This document shows positions 38,351 to 47,745 of a DNA stretch of 64,000 bases, piece by piece. The stretch's first letter is position 1. Each line of letters starts with the position of its first letter. A program made the translations under genes and the position numbers. The DNA lies in assembly GCA_965218795.1 (NCBI GenBank), contig OZ244653.1, forward strand, positions 1,376,001-1,440,000. The letters run 5' to 3'. Source of the stretch: a bacterium (GTDB lineage Bacteria > UBA8248 > JACPRG01 > G963555815). The notes beneath the pieces were generated by a model that was not told the DNA's origin, searched no databases, and was given only the letters and a program-made list of their open reading frames with translations.

Positions 38351-41044
38351 ATGTGGTACGGTCCAGACTCCAGACTCCAGACTCCAGACTCCAGACTCCA
38401 GACTCCAGACTCCAGACTCCAGACTCCAGACTCCAGACTCCAGACTCCAGACAAGAGGCGGGGCGTGAGTGCGCGGGGGCGGATGGGCGCCATCGTCCTG
38501 ATGCTGGCCGCCGCGTTCACTCTCTGTGTCGGAGAGGCGCGGGCCCAGACGGCCGACGTGTGCAGAGGAGGCGCGCCCACAGCCGGAGAGCGGATCGTGT
38601 GCTCGAAGAGCGACGGTTCCACCGATATCACCATCAACATCACTGACTTCGACATCACGACGGACGGCATTGGGGTCATTGGCATCTTTGGCGTTCATTC
38701 CGGCACGGGCGACATCGACATCGACGTTCGAGACGCCACCATCATTGTAGAAAACAACAATCAAGGCATCTATGGTGACATTGACCGCAGCAGCGTCGGC
38801 CGCATCAGGATCTACGCTGAAAACGTCGTCTTCATGACGAACGACCATGCTATCTGGGGCAATCATTTCGGCACGGGCGACATCGACATCGACGTTCGAG
38901 GCGGAACCATCACGACGGAAGGCAGGCTGGGCTACGGCGTCTATGGCGCGCATCAAGGCATCTCCGGCGACGTCACCATCGACGTTCAGGGCGGTAGCAT
39001 CACGACGATGGGCACCCAGTCCCACGGTGTCTCTGGCATACATCAAGGCAACGGCGACATCGGCATCTCCGTTCAAGACGCCGCCATCACGACGGAAAGC
39101 ACGGGCATCACTTTGGGTCTTGGCGCTATTGCCCACGGCGTCTTAGGCTATCACCCAGGCAGCGGAAACATCGATATCTCCGTTCAGGGCGGCTCCATCA
39201 CGACGGCGGGCGCGTATTCCTACGGCATCTATGGCGTTCATCAAGGCGACGGCGACGGCGACATCACCATTACGACGGCAGGCGATAACGCCATCACCAC
39301 GGCGGGCGACAACGCCCACGGGGTCGTGGCCTATCATTACGGTACGATGGACTCTAGGACCATCGCGGTCACGGTCGGGGGAACGATCAGCGCCGGCGGG
39401 GAGAACGCGATCGGCGTCCGGGTGGGCGCCCTCAACGCCCAGGGAGAAGTGATACGCGCCGCGGGTATGGACGCGGACGGCTACCGGAGGCAGACGGTCA
39501 CGGTGAACGGCGCGGTGATGGGCGGCACGGGCGCGGGGGCGGGGGTCTGGCTCGCCGGCGGGGGCCGGGTCGTCATCGGGCCGAAGGGGAGCGTCGGCGC
39601 GGCGTCGGGCATCGCGATTCTCGCCACGGGAGACACGCCCGTCGAAAATGGAGAGCCGCTCAAGCCCAGGCTCCATGTCTCGATGAATCTCGACGGCCGC
39701 CGGGTGGCGGCTGTCTTCGGCGACGACTGGATCGTGAACGACGGGGGCGAGACCACGATCGTGGTCAACAACGTGAAGCTCCACGACGGCGCGGCGGGCG
39801 TCACCGGCCTCACGGCCCCGAACGGGGCGCGGGACGTCTTAATCATCCAGGCCGAGGGCGTCACCGTCGACCGCTCGACGGGCGCATGGGTCGTCAGTCA
39901 GAGGGCCGCCGGAGTCATCGCCGATCGGGATTTCTCCGCGGACGACTTCACCGAAACCCCCAAACCGGAAACGCCGGAAGAGCCAACAGAAAAGCCAAAA
40001 ACACCTGTCCGCATCATCGAGGTCTACGCGCCGCGCGCGGCCGTGTACGAGGCCCTTCCGGGTCTGCTGCTCGGTCTGACGGGCGGGGGTCGGGACGGGG
40101 CGCGGCTCTCGGGCGGAAGGAGAAGGTACGGGTCCGATCAGAGGAGTGCGTACGACTTCAAGCGCCTCGCGGCGGATTACGAGTCCCTGCCGGGGGTCTT
40201 CCGGCTGGGCGGCTCCGCCGGGGAGCGGCTGCGGCTGGGCGGCTCGCCGGTCTGGGTGCGGCTCTCGGGCGGGAAGGGGAGTTACAAGTCCGGGGAGGCG
40301 AGTGTCGGCGCGGCGTACGACTTCAGGCGCCTCGCGGCGGAAGCCGGGGTGGACGTCGCGTTTCCCTGGAACAAGGACATCACCGGCACGGTCTCGGTGC
40401 GGCATGTTCAGGCTTCGGCGGAGGTTTCCTCGCCGACCGGGGGCGGGGATGTCGACGCGAAGGGCTTCGGCGCGGGGTTGGGCGTGTCCTGGGGCGGCGC
40501 GAGCGGCTATTATGTCGATGGCCGCCTCTCGGTGACCGGCTACAAGGTGGACCTCTCCTCGGACAAGCGGGGCCGGCTGAAGGGGGACGTCGGCGCGCTT
40601 GCTCATTCCCTGAGCATCGAGGCGGGTCGGCGCATCGCGCTGGGCACGAGAATGAGTCTGACGCCTCGGGCGCGGCTGGTTCGTTCGGGGATTTCCATGG
40701 ACAGGTTCACCGACGCGGTGAACTCGCGGGTCAAGCTCACCGATCCGAAGCAACTCAAGGGCGTCGTCGGTTTGGCGGCGGAGACCGGTCGCGTCCGGGA
40801 CGGCGGGTCGTTCTCCCTCCGGGGTTCGGTGGACGTGGAGCGGACGCTCCGGGGCGGGGAGACGGTCGTCGAGGTATCGGGAGAGAAGCTCAGGTCGGAG
40901 TCCGAGAGAACCCGTGTTCTGCTGGGCCTGGGCGGGGTCTGGCGCCGGGGCCGCTTCTCGCTCGGCGTCGAGGCGACGGCGGACGGCCCGGGTTCGGATG
41001 AGCGGGAATACGCCGGCCAGATCAATCTCGGAATCCGGTTCTAG
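38351..41044 (+). CDS. Autotransporter (type Va) with beta-helical passenger; expression probably phase-variable
   Basis: Signal peptide ..MGAIVLMLAAAFTLCVGEARA; repeats G.H.G.GDI.I.V.GG.ITT.G; C-terminal beta-barrel ending LGIRF; true start uncertain. Confidence 0.88.
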   Translation: MWYGPDSRLQTPDSRLQTPDSRLQTPDSRLQTPDKRRGVSARGRMGAIVLMLAAAFTLCVGEARAQTADVCRGGAPTAGERIVCSKSDGSTDITINITDFDITTDGIGVIGIFGVHSGTGDIDIDVRDATIIVENNNQGIYGDIDRSSVGRIRIYAENVVFMTNDHAIWGNHFGTGDIDIDVRGGTITTEGRLGYGVYGAHQGISGDVTIDVQGGSITTMGTQSHGVSGIHQGNGDIGISVQDAAITTESTGITLGLGAIAHGVLGYHPGSGNIDISVQGGSITTAGAYSYGIYGVHQGDGDGDITITTAGDNAITTAGDNAHGVVAYHYGTMDSRTIAVTVGGTISAGGENAIGVRVGALNAQGEVIRAAGMDADGYRRQTVTVNGAVMGGTGAGAGVWLAGGGRVVIGPKGSVGAASGIAILATGDTPVENGEPLKPRLHVSMNLDGRRVAAVFGDDWIVNDGGETTIVVNNVKLHDGAAGVTGLTAPNGARDVLIIQAEGVTVDRSTGAWVVSQRAAGVIADRDFSADDFTETPKPETPEEPTEKPKTPVRIIEVYAPRAAVYEALPGLLLGLTGGGRDGARLSGGRRRYGSDQRSAYDFKRLAADYESLPGVFRLGGSAGERLRLGGSPVWVRLSGGKGSYKSGEASVGAAYDFRRLAAEAGVDVAFPWNKDITGTVSVRHVQASAEVSSPTGGGDVDAKGFGAGLGVSWGGASGYYVDGRLSVTGYKVDLSSDKRGRLKGDVGALAHSLSIEAGRRIALGTRMSLTPRARLVRSGISMDRFTDAVNSRVKLTDPKQLKGVVGLAAETGRVRDGGSFSLRGSVDVERTLRGGETVVEVSGEKLRSESERTRVLLGLGGVWRRGRFSLGVEATADGPGSDEREYAGQINLGIRF
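38362..38452 (+). repeat. Perfect heptamer tandem repeat (TCCAGAC)13
   Basis: 91 nt counted directly in the sequence. Confidence 0.98.
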
Positions 41045-41086
41045 GGCGCAATCGAACGAATGGAACCCGACGGCTTCCCCTGTTGC

Positions 41087-41216
41087 CTGGATTCCCGCTA
41101 CAGCCTGCCCCCTGGATTCCTGTTGCAGCCTGCCCTCGAAGGTTTTAATCGGGGGCAGGAATAACGAACGGGGCCCCGTACAACAGCCTGTCATTCCCGC
41201 GCAAGCGGGAATCCAG
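41087..41216. repeat. Composite dRS3/REP-like palindrome, copy 2 (with duplicated 5' start)
   Basis: CTGGATTCCCGC..CTGGATTCCTG[..GCCTGCCCTCGA-N9-TCGGGG]GCAGGAATAAC-spacer-GTCATTCCCGCGCAAGCGGGAATCCAG. Confidence 0.8.
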
Positions 41217-41309
41217 AAAAAAGGCCCGGCCGTCAAGCGTATCATTCCCTTTCCTTGACTCCCGATACTCTTTCAGAAATCACTGAATCAGCCGTCGGAA
41301 GGCGGGTGG

Positions 41310-43175
41310 TCAGGCGGTCGTCATCAACTCTTCGAATTCTTCCATCCGGGACTCAGGCGGGATGCCGTCATCGGTCCAGCCGCGCAGGCGGTAGTACCGG
41401 GTCTTCATCCTCTCGAACTGTTCTCGGTCGATACGATGGCCTTCGTATTCCTTGAGGGGCAGTCCTTCATCGAAGTATTTCTTGGGGAGGGTGTCGTCGT
41501 CGCGGGTGACGCCTTCGCGCATGTTGATGAAGCGCTCCAGGTCGAGAATCCGTCGGCCGATCTCCCGAAGCTCGTCCTCCTCGAAGTCGATGCCCGTCAC
41601 GTCTTTGATCATCTGCACGTAGTGCGGGTAATCGAACATCCGGGGACTATTGAACCCGTGGGTCACGAACCGGCATGAACCGACCGCATCGTTGACCGCG
41701 TAGATCTCATCGCTCCAGGCCACGGGGATCTCCCGCGTATCGTAGGCCGTGAAGTCGGGGTTCACCTCCGCCCCGTATAGTTTGGTGGTTGCCTCTTTGG
41801 GGAGCCGGAAGATCTCCAGGGTCGGCCGGTTGCGGAGATGGTCCATGCCGCGGGAGGACACGGCCAGTCCCAGGGCAAATCCCTTGAGGATGCGCGGATC
41901 GTGCGGATCGGTCTGGGTCAGGCCTTTGGACGCGATCATGTAGTCCATGGATTCCTTGCCGAAGTGCTTCCACGCCTGGGTGCTGTCGGCCAGCAGGTCG
42001 CCGAACCCCCGGCGCTCGGAGATGTCCACCAGAAGGTCCTTGACCAACTCTTCATCCTCGAAGCGGAGCTCGCGCCCGCCGGTCATCTCGTCGGTGACGA
42101 TCCCCTTCTCATACAGTTCAATCGCCCAGGCTATGATGGATCCCGCCGAGGAGGTATCCAGCCCCAGCTCGTTGCACATGTTGGAGAGGCGGATGACGTT
42201 TTCCGCCCCGCTGAGGCCCAGGTTGGAGCCCAGGGTGCCGATGCTCGAGTATTCCGGCCCTTCCCCGCCCGTATGACCCCGCCCGTCGTCCACGTTGTTA
42301 CGCGCCCGGCAGTGAACCACGCAATTGAAGCAGGAGGCCATCTTGTGGACGTGCTGATCGATCTCCTCCGCGACGAGAGATTCATCCCATGCGTTGAGCT
42401 GACTGTTCTTCGTGCGGATGGCGCCCAGGATGTTACTCGGCTTGTAGAGAAGGGGCGTGCCGTACCGGCCAAGGGCGCCGATGACTTTGGCCTGGACGAG
42501 AAAGTCGTTCTGCTCCTTCCGATGTGTTGTGGCGGCCTTTTCGTCGAAATAGTCGACCTTGCCCCTGCCGGTGCACACGACGGCCTTGAGGTTCTTCGAG
42601 CCCATGACCGCGCCCAGACCGCCCCGCGCCGCGATGGCCTTCTTGCCGCCCATGACACCCGCCATGCGGACCATACGTTCCCCGGCCCGGGTAATGAAGC
42701 CCGCCTTGGCTCCCTTGCCGAAGTCGCGCTCCAAAAGCTCCAGGAAATCGTGGACGTTGGTCCCCCACATATGAGCGGCGTCCTTGAGCTCGGCGTTCCC
42801 CTTTTCCAGGTGGAGATAGACCGGTTGTTCCGCCCGCCCGGTGAAAATGAGGTACTGGTAGCCAGCATCGCGGATGGAGGCCGGCCAGTGGCCGCCGATG
42901 TTGGAGTCCCCCAGAATCAGCGATTCGGGGGACTTGGCCGTGATATTGAACCGCGAGGAACTGGGGACCTTGGTCCCGGTGACAAGACCGAGGCCCATGA
43001 TGAGGGGGTTTTCGGGGGCCAGCGGATCGGTGTCGGGCGGCAGGAGCTTCCAGAGGTAGTACATGTTGATCCCGCGCCCGCCCAGGAATTTCCGGACGAG
43101 AACCTCGGAGACCTCCTCTTCGCGGAGCTCCTGTTTCGTCAGATCAACGAATAAGACTTTTCCCTGGTAATCCAA
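41310..43175 (-). CDS. aor: Aldehyde:ferredoxin oxidoreductase family (W/Mo bis-pterin) protein
   Basis: TTG start with GGAGAGG RBS; FLGGRG, KSP, SNIGG, RGGLGAVMGSKNLKA, CFNCVVHC, PEY, ELGLD, DDTLP. Confidence 0.92.
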   Translation of the reverse strand: MDYQGKVLFVDLTKQELREEEVSEVLVRKFLGGRGINMYYLWKLLPPDTDPLAPENPLIMGLGLVTGTKVPSSSRFNITAKSPESLILGDSNIGGHWPASIRDAGYQYLIFTGRAEQPVYLHLEKGNAELKDAAHMWGTNVHDFLELLERDFGKGAKAGFITRAGERMVRMAGVMGGKKAIAARGGLGAVMGSKNLKAVVCTGRGKVDYFDEKAATTHRKEQNDFLVQAKVIGALGRYGTPLLYKPSNILGAIRTKNSQLNAWDESLVAEEIDQHVHKMASCFNCVVHCRARNNVDDGRGHTGGEGPEYSSIGTLGSNLGLSGAENVIRLSNMCNELGLDTSSAGSIIAWAIELYEKGIVTDEMTGGRELRFEDEELVKDLLVDISERRGFGDLLADSTQAWKHFGKESMDYMIASKGLTQTDPHDPRILKGFALGLAVSSRGMDHLRNRPTLEIFRLPKEATTKLYGAEVNPDFTAYDTREIPVAWSDEIYAVNDAVGSCRFVTHGFNSPRMFDYPHYVQMIKDVTGIDFEEDELREIGRRILDLERFINMREGVTRDDDTLPKKYFDEGLPLKEYEGHRIDREQFERMKTRYYRLRGWTDDGIPPESRMEEFEELMTTA

Positions 43176-43256
43176 GAATTCCTCTCCCGCCGGAGGGGGC
43201 TGTCAGAGGGTGCGCCCTTCCGGGTCCGCCGATTGAGCTTCTTTTTTTGGAATCGG

Positions 43257-43877
43257 TCACGTGCTGGAGGCGTACAGGTCGACGCGTTCTCCCTCTTCGG
43301 CGCGTTCTCCCGATTGGACCCACTTCACATATTCCTTTTCAGCCAAATCGCACCAATCCACATATGCCTGCTCGCACATGACCCCCTGTTCGAGGCACAG
43401 AAAAGGACCGAACAGGGAGGCGTGTTCCGAATCCGGCAGGTGGCCGTATTGCGATTCCAGCCTCCCCTTGATTTCCTGATAGGCGTCAAGCCTCTGCTGA
43501 TGAAGGGCCTTGGCTTCCCGGATGACCCGAATGGCGTCTTCCGGTTCCATCGTATCGATTGCAAAGAGCCTGAGGACCAGCTCGTCCTTGACCTTGAGAG
43601 GCCCGGGAGGCGTCCTCAGCCATTCTTCCAGCTCCTGCACCCCCTTTTCCGCGATCTCAAAAATACGCCGATTGGGCCGGGAAGTCTGTATCTCCTGACG
43701 GGAACGGACGAGCCCGTTCAGTTCCATCTTCTTCAGTTCGGGATAGATTTGACTGTGCTCGGCGTGCCAGCAGAAGGCCAGGGATTTCTCGAACCGCTTC
43801 TTGATGTCATAACCGGTCAGCGGTTTTCGACTCAAGAGCTCGAGAATTGCGAATTTCAGCAATGGGAATCTCCCCAT
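43257..43877 (-). CDS. PadR-family transcriptional regulator (with C-terminal Vir_act_alpha-type domain)
   Basis: AIL.LL..P.TGYDIK, W.A.HSQIYPEL, RPNRR.F.I...G. Confidence 0.93.
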   Translation of the reverse strand: MGRFPLLKFAILELLSRKPLTGYDIKKRFEKSLAFCWHAEHSQIYPELKKMELNGLVRSRQEIQTSRPNRRIFEIAEKGVQELEEWLRTPPGPLKVKDELVLRLFAIDTMEPEDAIRVIREAKALHQQRLDAYQEIKGRLESQYGHLPDSEHASLFGPFLCLEQGVMCEQAYVDWCDLAEKEYVKWVQSGERAEEGERVDLYASST

Positions 43878-43912
43878 CCATTTTGAACAGCAGGATTATC
43901 GCGTCGTGAGAA

Positions 43913-43942
43913 TACATATTTTATATATGTAAATTTCTACAT
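43913..43942. promoter_or_regulatory. PadR-type operator upstream of padR-aor
   Basis: Exact ATGT-N8-ACAT (43927-43942) plus adjacent TACATAT..ATATGTA inverted repeat in an AT-rich patch. Confidence 0.7.
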
Positions 43943-44076
43943 AATCAAATAGCCAGCCATTCTTGCACCGAACCGGAGGATATTCAAGGGGCAAAGAACG
44001 AAAATTCTGGATCCAGTGCGCCAAGCCCCGGCACATACGCTTCCGGCCGACTCTTCTCGATGCGGATTGAAATCGG

Positions 44077-44358
44077 CTATCCGCCCGCAAAGGAGACCAT
44101 CAAGGCCACCTCGTCGCCTTCTTGAAGCTCGCGGTCGAGGCTCCCGTCCCGGCTGACTTGCGCATCGTTCACAGCCACAAAGATGTGAGGCTCCAGGCGG
44201 CCGTCTTGGTCGAACAGCTCCTCCCCCATTGCGGGAAACCGGGATTTCAATTGTAGCAGCACGTCCTGGACGGTTGTCCCTTCCGCCATATCATAATCCA
44301 GCCGTTCGTTCCCTGCGGCGTCCTTCAGAACGCTGGTCAAGACAACTTGAATCTTCAT
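44077..44358 (-). CDS. MoaD/ThiS-family sulfur carrier
   Basis: 93 aa; VAVN, L.EGDEV, C-terminal FAGG. Confidence 0.92.
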   Translation of the reverse strand: MKIQVVLTSVLKDAAGNERLDYDMAEGTTVQDVLLQLKSRFPAMGEELFDQDGRLEPHIFVAVNDAQVSRDGSLDRELQEGDEVALMVSFAGG

Positions 44359-44455
44359 CGACCCCTTCGCCGGATCCCATAGTTCAACCCTGAAAACATC
44401 AATCAAGAATGTCGGTGCTCCGATCCAAATCAGGCGCGGCGTCAAATTTCATACT

Positions 44456-45745
44456 TCAGTTTCTTTGCAGCCGCCGGGCCTTGAGCTCGAATCTCGGCAG
44501 GGCGCCCGGCTCGACCAGCGTGACCACCGCGCGGACGCCCAGCCGGTTCTGGACCTGCTCGGAGAGCCGGCTGGCCACCGAGTTCGCCGGGGCGGATTCG
44601 ACGCACTCCAGGCACAGTTTGAGCTCGGCCATTTCCCGTACGGTCTCAACCTCGATCCGGAACTCCTCGACCTCACTGAACTCCCGGACGATGTTCTCGA
44701 CGGCGCTGGGGTAGACGTTCACCCCGCGCACCACGAACATATCGTCGGCGCGGCCGATGATCCCGCCTTCGGCCCAGGCAAAGGTGCGGCCGTCCGGACA
44801 TTCCTCGGGCGAGATTCGGATCAAGTCCCTCGTCCGGTAGCGGATGACCGGCATGCCCGCCCGGCCCAGGTTCGTGATAACCAATTCCCCTTCCCCGCCG
44901 GGCTCCACCGGGGTCTGCCCGCCGGGCTCGAGCACCTCGATGATGAACTCGGCCTCATTCAGGTAGGCCCCGCCGGGCCGGTCGATTCCCTCGAACCCGA
45001 AGGCCCCCACCTCCGTGGCTCCGGTGTGGTCGATACAGCGGGCGCCCCACGCCTCTTCGATCCGCCGCTTCGTGGCCGGAATGTTGGCTCCGGGTTCTCC
45101 TGCATGAACGGTTACCCGGACAGGACTATCGGCCAAGTCGACCCCCATCTCGCGGGCTTCTTCGGCCAGCCTGAGGGCATAGGTCGGGGTGCAGACCACG
45201 ACAGTGGATTTCGATTCCAGTATCGCCTCGACCCGTTGACGGGTGGAAAGCCCTCCTCCGGGGATGAGCAGGGCGCCCACCTTCCTCACGCCCTCCACCG
45301 CCGCCCAGAACCCGATGAACGGAGCGAAGGAGAAAGCGACGAAAACACGGTCCTCGGCAGTGACGCCGGCGGCGGCGAATACATAGCCCCAGCAGGCGCC
45401 CCACCAGTCCCAGCTTTCTCTTGTATCCAGCCACCGGAGCGGCTGTCCCGTCGTGCCCGATGTCTGATGAATCCGGACGTATTCCGACGGAGGAAGGGTA
45501 AGGTTCGTTCCGAACTCGGGATGTTCGCGCTGGTCCCGGACCAGCTCGTCTTTGAGGGTGAACGGGATGCGGTGGAGGTCGTCGAGACCTCGTACGTCCC
45601 GTGGGCCCAGGCCTGAGGCTTCCAGCTTTCGCGTATAGAACCCGTTCCGGCCGTGTATGGCCGCAATCAATGCGCGGAGCTTCTCACTTTGGAGGACGGT
45701 CAGATGATCCCGGCCGGCCGTTTCAATTTCCCTGGCAAAAAACAA
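44456..45745 (-). CDS. Phenylacetate-CoA ligase (PaaK)-like aryl-CoA ligase
   Basis: HQTSGTTGQP, CTPTYAL, AGEPG, GATE, RYRT.D, GRADDM..VRGVNVYP, LPRFELKARR; probable TTG start. Confidence 0.9.
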   Translation of the reverse strand: MFFAREIETAGRDHLTVLQSEKLRALIAAIHGRNGFYTRKLEASGLGPRDVRGLDDLHRIPFTLKDELVRDQREHPEFGTNLTLPPSEYVRIHQTSGTTGQPLRWLDTRESWDWWGACWGYVFAAAGVTAEDRVFVAFSFAPFIGFWAAVEGVRKVGALLIPGGGLSTRQRVEAILESKSTVVVCTPTYALRLAEEAREMGVDLADSPVRVTVHAGEPGANIPATKRRIEEAWGARCIDHTGATEVGAFGFEGIDRPGGAYLNEAEFIIEVLEPGGQTPVEPGGEGELVITNLGRAGMPVIRYRTRDLIRISPEECPDGRTFAWAEGGIIGRADDMFVVRGVNVYPSAVENIVREFSEVEEFRIEVETVREMAELKLCLECVESAPANSVASRLSEQVQNRLGVRAVVTLVEPGALPRFELKARRLQRN

Positions 45746-45837
45746 CGCGCGGCTCTTCCCGATAACAACGATGTCAATCCGTGACGGACCCCATGAAAAG
45801 GAGCCTGCGAATCCGGACGCCTGACGATGGAACCCCG

Positions 45838-46575
45838 TCAATCGATATTCGACTCGTCCTTGTACATCACCTTGTGCCGCTTGGTTTCAATCCATTCCCG
45901 GATGTCTGCGTCGGTCTTCGTCCTCGAAGAGTCATACCGCCCCCAATGGACGATTTCCTCCAAAGATTTCTTTTGGCGGACGTAAGGCTCTCTTTCCGGA
46001 CGGCCGAAGCACATGATGTCAATCACGTCAAGAACCCCGGGCGCCCCCAGAATCGGCTTCAGCGCCTTCTGGGCCCTTTCCTGCCCGATGGCCGTCACCC
46101 ACCAGGACGAATACCCCAATGCGGCCGCGGCCAAATGCATGCTCATCACAGAGGCCGCCAGGCTCTGGAGAAGGATTCGTTGCGCATTGGCTTGGTACAT
46201 CTCGTCCAGCTCGCTTCCGTCGTTGAGGACCGGAAACGCGTTCACATAACGGAAATCGACCAGAGCGACGATGAGCCCGGGTGCGGTCTTCATGCCGCTG
46301 TAGTTGGGGGTCGGGAACCCCATTTGCATCTTCGCGCGCTTCCGGGCCTCGTTGATGAAGTAATCGCCAATCTTCTCTTTGAGGGCGGGCTCCTCAACGA
46401 TGATGTATTCCCAGGGTTGGGAATTGGCCCCCGAGCAGGCGTGACGTCCCGCCTCGATGATCTGTTCGAATACTTCCCTGGAAACTGCTTCTTCTTTGAA
46501 TTTTCGGCTTGTGTGCCGGCTTCGGACTATTTCCATGTACGAGCTGTAAAGATCCGTCGCGGTTTCCATTGTCAT
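45838..46575 (-). CDS. Nitroreductase-family flavoprotein
   Basis: RSRHTSRKF, ACSGANSQPW.YIIV, MHLAAAALG. Confidence 0.9.
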   Translation of the reverse strand: MTMETATDLYSSYMEIVRSRHTSRKFKEEAVSREVFEQIIEAGRHACSGANSQPWEYIIVEEPALKEKIGDYFINEARKRAKMQMGFPTPNYSGMKTAPGLIVALVDFRYVNAFPVLNDGSELDEMYQANAQRILLQSLAASVMSMHLAAAALGYSSWWVTAIGQERAQKALKPILGAPGVLDVIDIMCFGRPEREPYVRQKKSLEEIVHWGRYDSSRTKTDADIREWIETKRHKVMYKDESNID

Positions 46576-46662
46576 GAGCTTTCCCCTTTTCATCGAACAG
46601 CGACCATCGTCGGATGGACGGCGCCTGGACTCGTTTCGTCGATTCCATATGGAAGGCTTCTT

Positions 46663-46694
46663 ATGAAGATACTTACATATTACACCATTTACAT
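46663..46694. promoter_or_regulatory. PadR-type operator (tandem) overlapping a minus-strand -10 (TAATAT)
   Basis: ATGA-AGATACTT-ACAT-ATTACACCATTTACAT. Confidence 0.65.
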
Positions 46695-46771
46695 GAGTCT
46701 GAAAGCAAGATTGTCCCTTCTTTCCTTCTCATCCTCCAAGGGTCGGAGGAAGCTGTCTTCCGCAGCCTCGT

Positions 46772-47569
46772 CTATTTCAACTTCCGGAAGGGTGTGATGA
46801 TCATTCCCCGGAAGGTATGCCAGTCCGGGCTTGTGGATTGCTCCAGGCCGTACCGGACGTCGTGTACATCATCCCGCCGGCTATAGCTGCGGAACACCCG
46901 GTCCCACCAGGAAAATACGCTCGAATAATTTGAATTGGTTTCCGGCATGCAATCCGAATGATGAAGCCGATGCATACCGGGAGACACGATGACGGCGCGC
47001 AATGCGGCGTCCACCATCGCGGGCAAACCTACGTTGCTGTGATGAAGCAGGATGACGGGGAGCAGAATCGCCTCGTAAAGGACCAGCTGCCAGAGCGCCA
47101 TCCCCAGAAGAGGAATCACGAGAAGGCGCGCGATATACGAGAGAATGATCTCCCCCGGGTGGAATCGAACCGCCGACGTCACATCCACCCGGGGATCCGT
47201 ATGGTGAACCTTGTGGAATCGCCACAGGAAGGGGATTTCATGATTGATTCGGTGCCACCAGTACATCCAGGCGTCGAATATCAGGAGGGCCAGCGGGATC
47301 TCCGCCCAAAGGGGGAGCGCCAGCCAAGGGAGCAACCCGAATCCGGCTTCTCGCGACCCTCCGGCAACCAAGGCCACGGCGCCTGCGAAAAAAGCCCCGA
47401 TGACGAACGCATTCACTGCCCCGAACGCCAAATTCCTGACCGCATGCGTCCATCTGGACTTTGTCTGGTTGAATTCTACGAAGAACGGAAACCAGGTTTC
47501 GAGGAACCAGAGGAGAACGAGGCCCCCCAGCGAGACCAAGGTTTTCGAAGACATCAAGGCTTCAATCAT
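46772..47569 (-). CDS. Sterol desaturase / fatty acid hydroxylase family membrane protein
   Basis: His boxes YWWHRINH, HKVHH, RFHP, HHSN, HRLHH. Confidence 0.9.
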   Translation of the reverse strand: MIEALMSSKTLVSLGGLVLLWFLETWFPFFVEFNQTKSRWTHAVRNLAFGAVNAFVIGAFFAGAVALVAGGSREAGFGLLPWLALPLWAEIPLALLIFDAWMYWWHRINHEIPFLWRFHKVHHTDPRVDVTSAVRFHPGEIILSYIARLLVIPLLGMALWQLVLYEAILLPVILLHHSNVGLPAMVDAALRAVIVSPGMHRLHHSDCMPETNSNYSSVFSWWDRVFRSYSRRDDVHDVRYGLEQSTSPDWHTFRGMIITPFRKLK

Positions 47570-47745
47570 TGCTCATCCGGCCAATGGGGCTCGGACCGAC
47601 CGGGACCGCCCCGAATCCATAAGACCCCGCCGTCCAATCTGAATTGGTGGCGCCTGCCTCGCGCAAATCGAGCTCACTTCGTCCCGGGGCAATGAAAAAA
47701 CATCGGGGAGGAGGCTCTGCTTTAGAAGAAACGGCCGCCAATCGA

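Noticed and set aside
38362-38452. Possible CRISPR array
   Set aside because: Contiguous 7-mer repeat with no spacers and no cas genes; it is a simple sequence repeat
41310-43175. Class II benzoyl-CoA reductase BamB (AOR family, near a benzoate-CoA ligase)
   Set aside because: It has the AOR-type PEY motif rather than the BamB Cys-ligand segment as I recall it, and no bamC-I genes are present
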